64,000 nt of DNA from contig CAJUKE010000011.1 of assembly GCA_910587075.1 (NCBI GenBank), positions 5,071 to 69,070 of the forward strand, written 5' to 3'. The notes under the pieces were generated by a model that was not told the origin of the DNA, did no database searches, and saw nothing but the letters and a program-made list of their open reading frames with translations. A program made the position numbers and the translations under genes. The stretch is from an uncultured Muribaculaceae bacterium. Its GTDB lineage: Bacteria > Bacteroidota > Bacteroidia > Bacteroidales > Muribaculaceae. Positions 42,479 to 51,814 of the stretch are shown in pieces; position 1 is the first letter of the stretch; each line of letters starts with the position of its first letter.

Positions 42479-44431
42479 TTACTTTTTGGCGGCTTCCTGG
42501 TTTTTGCGCGCCTGCTTGAGCACCTTCTGGTTGATTTTCGCGGGATACTTGTCGCGCAGCGTGGCCACCCACTTCTCTTCGAGATAGTTCTGGTAGTCGC
42601 CCGTCACGGCTCCGCGCACGTCGCCGGCATCCTCGGGCTGGAGAATCACGCGGTTCTGGTAGGGGAAGTAATATGCCCAGCGCCCCTTGGGCTGGGGCTT
42701 CTCGCCACCGAAGGCGATGAAGTCGGTGATGGGGTTCTCACCCTTGGCGGCGAGCACGCGCTCAACCTTGATGTTGTTGCCGAACTCGCGGCGGAGCACC
42801 AGCCCTACCGAGTCGTTGGCCACCTTGTTGTTCTCCAGGTATGCCTTGGCTGCGTCGCGGATTGAGTCGGAAGTGGCGAACACCACGAAGCTCTTCAGGC
42901 GGGGCTTGTCCCAGGTGTATTTCGAGCGGTTGGCCTCGAAGAATTTCTCCAGGCCCTCTTTGTCCTCCTTGGCCTTGGACCACACGTTGCGGTCGGAAAT
43001 CTCGAAGAGGAGCATACCGTCGCGGTACTCGTTGAGGAGGTTGCCGTACTGGGGCTCCTCGCGGGCGAGGTCTTCGCGGGCGGCATCGAGAACGGCGTTC
43101 TCAACAGCCTTGTTGACGAGACCTTCGAACTGGTCGGCCTGCTGCTCGCCGGTGCCGATGAAGGGGTTGCCCATCTCGGCCATGACCTCGGAGAGCATGA
43201 GGGGCTGCTTGTTGACTTTCGCCATAGGGGTCTCGCTGGCGAGGAACTTCGCGGTAAGCACGGAGTCGAGGCCCATATTGGCGGCGATTTCGGCCTTCAC
43301 GGCGTCAATGGCCTGGCGGTCGAGCTGTACGCCGTATTTCTTGCTGAGCTGCTCGATGCGGCGCTGGCGGGGGAGCTGGCCGCGCTCATCCTGCGAAATC
43401 ACCTTCTTGAGCATCGGATGCACAGTTTCGTAGGGGTCGATACCCTTACCTTCGAGGCGCTTGATTATGTGGTAGCCGTAGGCGGTGGCGAAAGGCTCCG
43501 AGATGGCGCCGTCGGCCAGCGAGAAGGCTGTCTTCTCGAACTCGGGCACCATCTGGCCCGAGCCGAACCAATTGAGGCGGCCACCGTTCTTGGCCGAGCC
43601 GGGATCCTCGCTCTCGCGGGTGGCCACATCCTCGAAGTCGGCACCGCCGGTGGTCACCAGGGTGTAGATCGAGTCGATTTTGGCCTTCTGGGCGGCAGCG
43701 GCGGCGGGGTCCATCCCCTGGGTGAGCTTTAGGATATGCTCAACGAGCACCTGACCCTGGGCGGGACGCTCGCCGTTGACCTTCACGATGTGGAAGCCGA
43801 AGGGGGTGCGGATCACCGGGGAGATTTCGCCCACGTTGGTGTTATAGGCGGCCTCCTCGAAAGTGTAGGGGAAGCGGGTGGCGGTGATCCAGCCCATATG
43901 TCCGCCGTTGCGGGTAACGGAGCGGTCGATGGAGAATTTGCGGGCGAGCTCGGCGAAGTCGCTGCCGCCGAGGATGGCGGTGCGTATCGAGTCGAGGAGC
44001 GCGGTCTGGCGGGAGTCGGCCACCGGGTTTTCACCAAGTGAAATCATGATATGGCTCACGTCGCGCTCGGTTTTCATACGCTCGTATTCGGCGCGGAGGA
44101 GCGAGTCCTCCACGGCCTGATCCTTGAGGTAAGGCTCCGAAAGGTCGCGGCGGTACCCTTCGAATTCATTCTGGAAGGCCTGGGTCTTGTCGATGCCGGC
44201 TTCCTTGGCGGCGGCCACCTTCTGCTTGTAGGCCACGAACATATCGAGGTATTCGTCGACGGTCTGCGGCTGGAGCTGCTGGGTGTTGTTCTTATTGTAG
44301 AGATACTCAAATTCGCTGAGTTTCACAGGCGTGCCGCCGATAGTCATAAGCTCGGGGTCCTTCGGGCCTTTAGCGAACGCCACCGAGGAGGCGGTCGCCG
44401 CGAGGGCTAATGACAGAAACAGTTTGTTCAT
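42479..44431 (-). CDS. Periplasmic parvulin-type peptidyl-prolyl isomerase
   Basis: Signal peptide; two rotamase domains (VSHIM..FSID..GFHIVK; VEHIL..SED..MVPEFE..GYHIIK). Confidence 0.9.
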   Translation of the reverse strand: MNKLFLSLALAATASSVAFAKGPKDPELMTIGGTPVKLSEFEYLYNKNNTQQLQPQTVDEYLDMFVAYKQKVAAAKEAGIDKTQAFQNEFEGYRRDLSEPYLKDQAVEDSLLRAEYERMKTERDVSHIMISLGENPVADSRQTALLDSIRTAILGGSDFAELARKFSIDRSVTRNGGHMGWITATRFPYTFEEAAYNTNVGEISPVIRTPFGFHIVKVNGERPAQGQVLVEHILKLTQGMDPAAAAAQKAKIDSIYTLVTTGGADFEDVATRESEDPGSAKNGGRLNWFGSGQMVPEFEKTAFSLADGAISEPFATAYGYHIIKRLEGKGIDPYETVHPMLKKVISQDERGQLPRQRRIEQLSKKYGVQLDRQAIDAVKAEIAANMGLDSVLTAKFLASETPMAKVNKQPLMLSEVMAEMGNPFIGTGEQQADQFEGLVNKAVENAVLDAAREDLAREEPQYGNLLNEYRDGMLLFEISDRNVWSKAKEDKEGLEKFFEANRSKYTWDKPRLKSFVVFATSDSIRDAAKAYLENNKVANDSVGLVLRREFGNNIKVERVLAAKGENPITDFIAFGGEKPQPKGRWAYYFPYQNRVILQPEDAGDVRGAVTGDYQNYLEEKWVATLRDKYPAKINQKVLKQARKNQEAAKK

Positions 44432-44521
44432 TGCTATGAGGTTTTGCTAATGCGTTTTTTCACTAACGATATAACGGCGATACGCCCTCTTTATTATATA
44501 CCCGCGCAATAAATATATGCG

Positions 44522-44556
44522 GACGGGCCGCGCCGGAGCTTCCGGCGCGGCCCGTC
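44522..44556. terminator. GC-rich hairpin downstream of dcp
   Basis: GACGGGCCGCGCCGGA / TCCGGCGCGGCCCGTC. Confidence 0.6.
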
Positions 44557-44578
44557 GATGGGTTGTCGCGGTAAGGGA

Positions 44579-46696
44579 TCAATTGAGGCCGCGCTGGCGT
44601 ATCACGGCGGCGGGCTCGGGACGGTGGCCGCGGAAGGTCTCGTAGAGCACCATCGGATCCTGCGAACCGCCGCTCTCAAGGAGTGTCTTCATCTTGGCAG
44701 CGGACTCGGGGTCGAAGGCACCCTTCTCCTTGAAGAGCTCGAAAGCGTCGGCATCGAGCACCTCGGCCCAGAGGTAGGTGTAGTAGCCCGAAGCGTAACC
44801 CTCGTCGCCGAAGATATGCTTGAAGTAGGGGGAGCGGTAGCGGAAGGTGAGTTCGGCGGGCATGCCGAGCTTCTCGGCAACCTTTGCCTCGAAGGCCTCA
44901 ACATCAACGGGGCCGTCGGTCTCAGGGTTGTAGTGGCCCCATGCGAGGTCAAGCAGGGCGGCGCCGGCGAGTTCGGCGGTCATGAAGCCCATATTGTGCT
45001 TCGACGCGGCGTTGATCTGGTTCACGAGCGAGTCGGGGATGAGTTCGCCGGTCTTGTAGTGGTGGGCGTACTCTGCCAGGAGCTCGGGCTGGAATGCCCA
45101 GTGCTCGTGGAACTGCGAGGGGAATTCCACGAAGTCACGGTCGACGTTAGTGCCGCTCTGGCTCTTGAGGCGGGCCTTGGAGAGCATGCCGTGGAGGCCG
45201 TGGCCGAATTCGTGGAAAGTGGTCTGCACGTCGTCGATGGAGAGCAGTGAGGGGGCGTCGGCCGTCGGGGGCGCGTAGTTACCCACGTTGTAGATGATGG
45301 GGCGCTCAACGGAGCCGTCGGCATTGACCCACGAAGCTTTGAGCTGCTCCATCCAAGCGCCCTGGCGCTTTTCGGGGCGGGTGAAGTAGTCGGTGATGAA
45401 GATTGCCACATGGTTACCCTCGTTGTCGGTAACCTTGTAGGTCTTCACGTCCTTATGGTACTTGGGAGCGTCAATCTCCTCGAAGTTCACGCCGTAGAGG
45501 CGCTTGGCCATTGCGAAGATACCCTTGCGCACGGAGTCAACGGCGAAGTAGGGGCGCAGGGCGCTCTCGTCGAGGGCGTACTTCTGCTGGCGCACCTTCT
45601 CGGCGTAGTAGTAATAGTCCCAGGGAGCGATCTTGAAGTCGTTGCCCTCGGCGTTGGCCACGGCCTGCATCTCGGCCACCTCTTCGGCCACCTTCTTCTT
45701 GGCGGGCTCGAAAATCTGGGTCAGCAGCGCCTCGGCGGCCTCGGGGGTCTTGGCCATCTTGTCGGCGGTGGCGTAGGCGGCGTAATCCTTGAAACCGAGG
45801 AGTTTCGCCTTCTGCGCACGGGCCTTGAGGATTTCAGCGATCACGGGGCGGTTGTCGTTTTCCCCTTGGGTGGCGTTGGTGGTGTAGCCGCGCCACATCT
45901 GTTCGCGGAGCGAGCGGTTGTCGGCATACTGGAGCACAGCCAGGCGCGAGGGAGCGTGGAGGGTGAACACCCATTTCCCCTCCTTGCCGCGGGCCTTTGC
46001 CTCGGCGGCGGCGTTCTCGACGGTGTTGGCGGGGATACCTGCCAGGTCGGCCTCGTTGTCAACCACGATTTCGAAGGTGTTGTTGGCGTTGAGGAGGTTC
46101 TTGTTGAACTTCAGGTAGAGGTTCGCGAGGGTGTTGTTGATTTTCTTGAGTTCCTCCTTCTGCTCGGGCGAGAGGAGGGCGCCAGAGCGCACGAAGTCGT
46201 TGTAGCTCTGCTCGATGGCGCGGCGCTCGTCGAGGGGCTGGTTCACGGTGTCGATGTTGTTGTACAGCACCTTGACGCGCTCGAAGAGGGCGTCGTTCAT
46301 CATCAGCTCGTCGGTGAAGGCGGTGTAGCGGGGGTAGAGTTCCTCCGAAACGGCCTGGAGCTCGGGGGTGGAGTGGGCCTCGGTGAGCGACGCGAGAACG
46401 CTCATGACGCGCTCAAGCGTCGGGCTGAGGCAGTCCATGGGGAGCATGGTGTTCTCGAAAGTCGGAGCCTCGGGGTTGGCCACGATGGAGTCGATCGAGG
46501 CTCTGGCCTCGGCGATGCCGGCGTCGAAGGCCGGAACGTAGTCTTCGATCTGAATCTCCTCGAAGGGGGGGATTCCGTACTCGTTGGCATAGGACTGCAT
46601 GAAGGGGTTCTGGCGCTCGTGTCCGCACGAGGCGCTCCCCAGTCCGATAGCCGACGCGGCGGCGGCCGCGCAGATGCTCATAATGATTGGCTTCAT
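44579..46696 (-). CDS. dcp: M3 family metallopeptidase (peptidyl-dipeptidase Dcp), lipoprotein
   Basis: FHEFGHGLH (HEXXH), DFVEFPSQ, HIF..GYASGYYTYLWAEVLDAD. Confidence 0.92.
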   Translation of the reverse strand: MKPIIMSICAAAAASAIGLGSASCGHERQNPFMQSYANEYGIPPFEEIQIEDYVPAFDAGIAEARASIDSIVANPEAPTFENTMLPMDCLSPTLERVMSVLASLTEAHSTPELQAVSEELYPRYTAFTDELMMNDALFERVKVLYNNIDTVNQPLDERRAIEQSYNDFVRSGALLSPEQKEELKKINNTLANLYLKFNKNLLNANNTFEIVVDNEADLAGIPANTVENAAAEAKARGKEGKWVFTLHAPSRLAVLQYADNRSLREQMWRGYTTNATQGENDNRPVIAEILKARAQKAKLLGFKDYAAYATADKMAKTPEAAEALLTQIFEPAKKKVAEEVAEMQAVANAEGNDFKIAPWDYYYYAEKVRQQKYALDESALRPYFAVDSVRKGIFAMAKRLYGVNFEEIDAPKYHKDVKTYKVTDNEGNHVAIFITDYFTRPEKRQGAWMEQLKASWVNADGSVERPIIYNVGNYAPPTADAPSLLSIDDVQTTFHEFGHGLHGMLSKARLKSQSGTNVDRDFVEFPSQFHEHWAFQPELLAEYAHHYKTGELIPDSLVNQINAASKHNMGFMTAELAGAALLDLAWGHYNPETDGPVDVEAFEAKVAEKLGMPAELTFRYRSPYFKHIFGDEGYASGYYTYLWAEVLDADAFELFKEKGAFDPESAAKMKTLLESGGSQDPMVLYETFRGHRPEPAAVIRQRGLN

Positions 46697-46725
46697 AGTT
46701 AATGGGTTATGATTAAATCGGTGAA

Positions 46726-47877
46726 TTATTTCATCAGGAATGTCGCGAGCACCGGGTAGTGGTCCGACTCGGGGCAGTCGCCCCTCCCGCAGTCAATGGC
46801 CTCCATATCGCCGCGGTAGAGTATATGGTCGATATGGAAGTAGAAACGGTCGGAGTGGAAGGTGATCATCGGGCCGTTGGCGGCGTCGTTGAAGGCGTTG
46901 CGGAAGTCGTCGCCCGCGATCTGCCGTATGGCGTAGCATCCGGGTATGTCGTTGAAGTCGCCCGCCACGATCACGTTGGGCACCCCGATGGAGTCGATCG
47001 CGTGGCGCAGCGTGCGGGCCTGCCGGGCGCGGTAACGCATAGCCAGCGACACCTTGCTGAAGAGGGTGTTGCGGGCGGCTATTACCTTCCCCTTGCTCCC
47101 CTCCCCCTCGGTGAGTTCGAGGTAGAGGTCCTTGTCCTGCCGGCTGAGGCCGATCGACTGCAGGTGCACGTCGACAACGAGCGTCTCCATGCCCCGGATG
47201 TCGATTATCGCCGCCGACCACTCCGAGAAGCCGTTGGCCTCGGGGAGCGCCACGCGGCGCATCGGGAACTTCGAGAATATCATGCAGCGGTGCTCGCCAT
47301 AGGTTCCCCTCGGCCCCTCGGCGAAAAGGCGGTGGGGGTACACGGTGTTAAGCGTGTCGACCATCCGCTGTGAGAAACCGAGATAGAGGTTCTCCTTCAC
47401 GTCGACGAATTCCTGGGTGAGCACGATGTCAGCCCCGCTGTGGATTATGTAGTCAGCTATTTTGTTGGGCGAGGAATCGGTGGTGAGAGTCCCGGCGGCG
47501 CGGCGTTGCTCCCGCTCGATGTCGACGAGGGCGGCGGTGTTGAACGTCAGCAGGGTGAACACCTTGGCGGAATCCTGGTCGGAAACTTTCTTTTTCACGA
47601 GGTTCACTGGCGCGTAGCTCGCGATCGGCCCCAGGGAGCACGCGAGGGCTATGGCCGGAACCACCGCGAGCCACCGCTGGCGCAGCAGCAGGTCGGCGAT
47701 CACGAGCGCCACGGCTCCGCCGAACCAGAAGGGGAATGTCATGGAGAAGAGGGCCGGGAGGGTCGACACCTCCGGGGCGACCTTCCCGCCATAGGCGGCG
47801 CAAAGCAAGCCGAGAGCCACACCCAGGTTGATGATGAGGCCCGCCGCGAGCAGTATGCGCTTGGTCCAGATTCCCAT
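46726..47877 (-). CDS. Membrane-anchored endonuclease/exonuclease/phosphatase family protein
   Basis: N-terminal TMs; LTFN, LTQE, VHLQS, AGDFND, IDHILY, SDHYPV. Confidence 0.9.
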   Translation of the reverse strand: MGIWTKRILLAAGLIINLGVALGLLCAAYGGKVAPEVSTLPALFSMTFPFWFGGAVALVIADLLLRQRWLAVVPAIALACSLGPIASYAPVNLVKKKVSDQDSAKVFTLLTFNTAALVDIEREQRRAAGTLTTDSSPNKIADYIIHSGADIVLTQEFVDVKENLYLGFSQRMVDTLNTVYPHRLFAEGPRGTYGEHRCMIFSKFPMRRVALPEANGFSEWSAAIIDIRGMETLVVDVHLQSIGLSRQDKDLYLELTEGEGSKGKVIAARNTLFSKVSLAMRYRARQARTLRHAIDSIGVPNVIVAGDFNDIPGCYAIRQIAGDDFRNAFNDAANGPMITFHSDRFYFHIDHILYRGDMEAIDCGRGDCPESDHYPVLATFLMK

Positions 47878-47888
47878 AGTCGACAGAT

Positions 47889-48620
47889 TCAGTTATGCCG
47901 CGAGCGGCTGAGGGTGAGTTCGTAGAGGTGGCGCTGCTCGGCGGGGGTCAGCGCCTCGTAGCCTCCGGCGTTGGCCTTGGCCACCAGCGCGGCGTACTCG
48001 TCGGCAACGGGTGCCGGAGCGGGCTCCGCAACAGACGGGCGGGTTTTGGCCAAATATCTCCACCACAGGGCGGCGGCCACGCCCGACAGCAGCCCGCCCG
48101 CGTGGGCCATGGCCTCGGGTATCGAGCAGAAGAAGAACGCCAGGAGCGCCAGGGGCACTATGCGGCGCAGTTCCAGCTCGCCCATAAACGCGAATTTAAC
48201 CATTTTGCTGGGCGACATTATCCCCGCGGCCACCGTGAGGGCTATCACCGGGCCGGAAGCTCCGGCGAGCGGCTCGCCCGAGGCGAACGGGGTAAGGGAG
48301 CAGAGGAGGAACATCGCCGCGGCGGCAACTCCGCCGACGATATACAGCGCGAGCACGCGGCGGGCGCCAACGTCGGCCCCGAGCAGGGTGCCGAAGCCCC
48401 CGAGCCACAGCATATTCACCAGCAGATGGCGGAAGTCGCACTGGGTGAACATATAGGTCAGCACCGTCCACGGGCGCCCGGCCACCCCCGCGAAATCCGA
48501 CGGGAGCAGCAACCCGGCCACGGCGGCGTCGAAATCGACCCCCGCGGCGGGGGCTACGAGCCACAGCAGTTTTAGGCCGAGGTACACCAGGGCGTTTATT
48601 ATTACGAGGCGCTGAATCAT
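47889..48620 (-). CDS. Rhomboid family intramembrane serine protease
   Basis: PWTVLTYMF, HLLVNMLWL, GASG, AHAGG; start reset to MIQRL. Confidence 0.85.
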   Translation of the reverse strand: MIQRLVIINALVYLGLKLLWLVAPAAGVDFDAAVAGLLLPSDFAGVAGRPWTVLTYMFTQCDFRHLLVNMLWLGGFGTLLGADVGARRVLALYIVGGVAAAAMFLLCSLTPFASGEPLAGASGPVIALTVAAGIMSPSKMVKFAFMGELELRRIVPLALLAFFFCSIPEAMAHAGGLLSGVAAALWWRYLAKTRPSVAEPAPAPVADEYAALVAKANAGGYEALTPAEQRHLYELTLSRSRHN

Positions 48621-48630
48621 CTGTTGATTG

Positions 48631-49398
48631 TCAGAAATGGTACGGCCCCCCGATAACTCCCTTCTTGCGCCAGTAGAGCAGTATGGCGAGACCGAAGAGC
48701 ATGCCGCCGAGATGGGCGAAATGGGCCACGGTGTCGGCCTGGTTGTTATACACGCCGAGCACAAGCTCGATGGCGGCATATATCAGCACGAAGGTGCGAG
48801 CCTTGAGTGTGACAGGGGGGAAGAGGAGCGACAGCCGGGCCTGCGGGAACATAAACCCGAAGGCGAGCAGGATGCCGAACACGGCGCCCGAGGCTCCGAT
48901 GGTCGGGGTATGGAAAAGCTGGTAAAGCATCCCCACCTCGGCGTCGGTAGGCACCACGCCTATTTCATACAACTGGTTGTACATCACCTGCGAGTGCGAC
49001 AGCAACTCCTTGACAGCCCCGGGGTTGGGGAACATCGAGGCGTAATGCGCTATCATGCCAGCGAACACCCCCTCCTGTACCAGCGCCGCGCCGAGACCGC
49101 ACGAAACGTAGTAGAACAGGAACTTCGGGGAGCCGAGCACCCGCTCCATGGTCATACCGAACATCCACAGGGCGAACATATTGAAAAACAGGTGCATGAA
49201 GTTCGCGTGGATAAACATATAGGTGATCAGCTGCGAGGGCACGAACTGGTCGGAGGTGAAGTAGTACAGCGCCCCGTACTGCTCCAGGAAGCCGCTCACC
49301 GGGCGCACGATACCCATCGCCAGCCATATAATCACGTTAATAATCAACAGATTTTTCGTTACCGGGGGTATCTGGTCAAATAAGTTTCTGAAATTCAT
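48631..49398 (-). CDS. Rhomboid family intramembrane serine protease
   Basis: TYMFIHANFMHLFFNMFALWMFG, GASGAVFG, AHFAHLGG. Confidence 0.93.
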   Translation of the reverse strand: MNFRNLFDQIPPVTKNLLIINVIIWLAMGIVRPVSGFLEQYGALYYFTSDQFVPSQLITYMFIHANFMHLFFNMFALWMFGMTMERVLGSPKFLFYYVSCGLGAALVQEGVFAGMIAHYASMFPNPGAVKELLSHSQVMYNQLYEIGVVPTDAEVGMLYQLFHTPTIGASGAVFGILLAFGFMFPQARLSLLFPPVTLKARTFVLIYAAIELVLGVYNNQADTVAHFAHLGGMLFGLAILLYWRKKGVIGGPYHF

Positions 49399-49469
49399 TG
49401 TCGCGAACTTTTCACATATCGCCCGACACCGCGGCCAGGGCTTTTCTTTCTGATGGTTTACTCAAATCG

Positions 49470-49477
49470 CAAATTTA
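49470..49477 (-). promoter_or_regulatory. -7 promoter element for the rhomboid operon
   Basis: TAAATTTG on the minus strand. Confidence 0.5.
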
Positions 49478-49691
49478 CATATTTTTTCCGACTCACAGCT
49501 TAACCGCTTAGTTAAAGGAGGTGAACGCCGGGGTGCGGAATGGGCAAAAGCGGGCCGGGGATTCCGCCCGGCAGAGTGTACCGTGCGGAGTCCCCGGCTG
49601 TGCATGCGGGCAGTCGCGCCAAGCGTCAGCTCCCCGCTCCATTTTCCGCACCATTTTCTGCTCTACTTAACTGTATATGAGAAAATTTGGT

Positions 49692-49699
49692 TATCTTTG
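49692..49699 (+). promoter_or_regulatory. -7 promoter element for the tRNA-like RNA
   Basis: TATCTTTG, 5 nt before the cloverleaf. Confidence 0.65.
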
Positions 49700-49704
49700 C
49701 ACAT

Positions 49705-49784
49705 GGAATGATGGTCGCAGGTTTGGTAGCGAGGCGATTGTTTCACAACCGCATATAGAAGGTTCGAGTCCTCTCCATTCCGCA
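49705..49784 (+). ncRNA. Atypical tRNA-like RNA (non-canonical cloverleaf; apparent anticodon UUC)
   Basis: Acceptor GGAATG/CATTCC plus G; D arm TCGC-AGGTTTGGTA-GCGA; anticodon arm GCGATT-GTTTCAC-AACCGC; T arm AGG-TTCGAGT-CCT. Confidence 0.65.
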
Positions 49785-49811
49785 TAGGGGCGAAAGCCCC
49801 TATTTTATTTT
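49784..49811 (+). terminator. Intrinsic terminator after the tRNA-like RNA
   Basis: ATAGGGGC-GAAA-GCCCCTAT followed by a T-rich tail. Confidence 0.85.
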
Positions 49812-49882
49812 GCGATATTGTTGATGGTTAAGGTGATGAGCATCTACTACTCCAATGGACTTGGTCTTATTGAAATACCTTT

Positions 49883-50482
49883 TCACCTCTGGCGGCGGAA
49901 ATTCAGGTCCTTATGGCCTATCTCGCACGACATCATATCGCCGTCGATGCGAATGTCGTCAATCTCGTCGAGGTTGAAGAACACCTCCTGCGCGGCGCGG
50001 TTGATCTGCTGCTGGGCCAGCCTCAACGCCCCGGGGCGTAGCGCCTCCAGCGACGAGCCGCTGTTGCCGTCGATAATGTCGTAACTGAGCTTCACTGCTT
50101 CGGGGTCCACCGAGATCGAGAGCGAGGTCGCGTCGAGGTTGAGGTTGACCTCGTCGTCGTCCTTGACGTTGTACACGCCGGTAATCACAGCCGTACCCGA
50201 CGCGGTGATAGTCAGCGGGGTCACTATCGAGTCGTTGGCCTGGATGGTATTTTCGACGGTGATCAGAGCCGTCATAGTCACGGTGCCCTGGGTCTGGTCG
50301 GCGGTGCGGTTGAAGTCCATCACCCGCACCAGCGAGGCGCGGGCGGCGCCGGTGTTGACCAGCAGTTCGGGAGTCGAGGACCATTCCCCTTGCAACTCTT
50401 TGGCGAGCTTCGATTTCGAATCGCAGCCGGCGAGGGCCGCGGCGCCCATCAGGGCCAAAGCGAATAAAGCGGTATTTTTCAT
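49883..50482 (-). CDS. Hypothetical lipoprotein
   Basis: MKNTALF..ALAGC lipobox; beta-rich mature domain; start reset to 50482. Confidence 0.75.
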   Translation of the reverse strand: MKNTALFALALMGAAALAGCDSKSKLAKELQGEWSSTPELLVNTGAARASLVRVMDFNRTADQTQGTVTMTALITVENTIQANDSIVTPLTITASGTAVITGVYNVKDDDEVNLNLDATSLSISVDPEAVKLSYDIIDGNSGSSLEALRPGALRLAQQQINRAAQEVFFNLDEIDDIRIDGDMMSCEIGHKDLNFRRQR

Positions 50483-50690
50483 ATTTTTATCCTTTGTGTT
50501 ATAAAAATATAACGCCGCCGGGGCATAATCGTTCACGACAAGCCCCGCCATCCGCCCCGAACCACATTTTTCGCGACATTTTTCAGCAACGGCACCTTTC
50601 GAAACCATTATTTTTTATAACTTTGTCGTTAACTCGCGCCCGCCGCGAACCCGAATAAACTTCACTTACCTAATAATACCCCAAAAAGCA

Positions 50691-51728
50691 ATGAGCAAAC
50701 CTTATGTTGTCGGTATCGACATAGGCGGTACCAACACCGTCTTCGGCATCGTTGACGCCCGCGGCGTCGTTATTGCCAGCTCCTCCATCAAAACACGCAA
50801 ACACGCCACCGTTGAAGCCTACATCGACGAGCTCAACACCGAGCTCACCAAGCTGATGGAAGCCAACGACGCCGTCGGCAAAATCTACGGCATCGGCATC
50901 GGCGCCCCCAACGCCAACTACTACACCGGCGTGATCGAGCAGGGCGTCAACCTTCCCTGGCCCACCCCCATACCCCTGGCGCAGCTCGTGCAGGAGAAAA
51001 CCGGCATACCCGTGGCCGTTACCAACGACGCCAACGCCGCCGCCATCGGCGAGATGACCTACGGCGCGGCCCGCGGCATCAAGGACTTCATAATGATAAC
51101 CCTCGGCACCGGCGTAGGCTCCGGCATCGTGATCAACGGGCAGCTCGTCTACGGCCACGACGGCTTCGCCGGCGAGCTCGGCCATGTGATCGTGCGCCGC
51201 AACAACGGCCGTCTCTGCAACTGCGGCCGCCGCGGATGTCTCGAAACCTACTGCTCGGCCACCGGCGTGGCTCAGAGCGCCCGCGAGTTCCTCGAAGCGC
51301 GCCCCAACGAGCCGTCGCTGCTGCGCAACATCCCCATCGACCAGATTACCTCCAAGGACGTTTATGACGCCGCCATCAACGGCGACAAGATCGCTAAGGA
51401 CATCTTCGAGTTCACCGGCGAGATTCTCGGCGAGGCGCTTGCCGACTTCACCGTGTTCTCCGCCCCCGAGGCGTTCGTGCTCTTCGGCGGTCTCGCCAAG
51501 AGCGGCGACATGCTTATGAAGCCGATGCTCAACGCCATGGAGAAGAATATGCTCGGCATCTGGAAAGGCAAGGTCAAGGTGCTCCCCTCCGAGCTCAAGG
51601 AAGCGGACGCCGCCGTGCTCGGCGCTTCGGCCCTCGGCTGGGAAGCGAAGCCCGCCGCCACTGCCACCGCCAGCGCCGTGCCCGTCACCCCCACCCCCTC
51701 CGTCCCCCAGATTCCCCAGGCCCTCTAA
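50691..51728 (+). CDS. ROK family sugar kinase (glucokinase-like)
   Basis: GIDIGGT, NDANAAAIGE, TLGTGVGSG, GELGH, CNCGRRGCLE; TAACTTTG promoter at 50618-50625. Confidence 0.93.
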   Translation: MSKPYVVGIDIGGTNTVFGIVDARGVVIASSSIKTRKHATVEAYIDELNTELTKLMEANDAVGKIYGIGIGAPNANYYTGVIEQGVNLPWPTPIPLAQLVQEKTGIPVAVTNDANAAAIGEMTYGAARGIKDFIMITLGTGVGSGIVINGQLVYGHDGFAGELGHVIVRRNNGRLCNCGRRGCLETYCSATGVAQSAREFLEARPNEPSLLRNIPIDQITSKDVYDAAINGDKIAKDIFEFTGEILGEALADFTVFSAPEAFVLFGGLAKSGDMLMKPMLNAMEKNMLGIWKGKVKVLPSELKEADAAVLGASALGWEAKPAATATASAVPVTPTPSVPQIPQAL

Positions 51729-51738
51729 GGCGAACCCC

Positions 51739-51805
51739 ACCGCCTCTGACGGCATATCCCTACCGCCTCCGAAGCACATCCTAACCGCCTCTGAGGCACA
51801 TCCTC
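51739..51805 (+). repeat. Three imperfect ~22-bp direct repeats
   Basis: ACCGCCTCTGACGGCATATCCCT / ACCGCCTCCGAAGCACATCCTA / ACCGCCTCTGAGGCACATCCTC. Confidence 0.75.
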
Positions 51806-51814
51806 CTTAACAAA

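Noticed and set aside
47889..49398. Tandem rhomboids as a novel duplication or pseudo-protease pair
   Set aside because: Both keep GASG and the catalytic His, and the rhomboid-rhomboid-EEP order is a familiar Bacteroidales cluster.
49739..49746. TGTTTCAC as a parS site
   Set aside because: It is only a half-site; the palindromic GTGAAACA half is missing. I saw no full parS in the window.
49705..49784. Canonical selC (tRNA-Sec) or opal suppressor call
   Set aside because: There is no long variable arm or 8-bp acceptor stem, UCA is off-centre with C37, and no selA/selB/selD genes are in the window.
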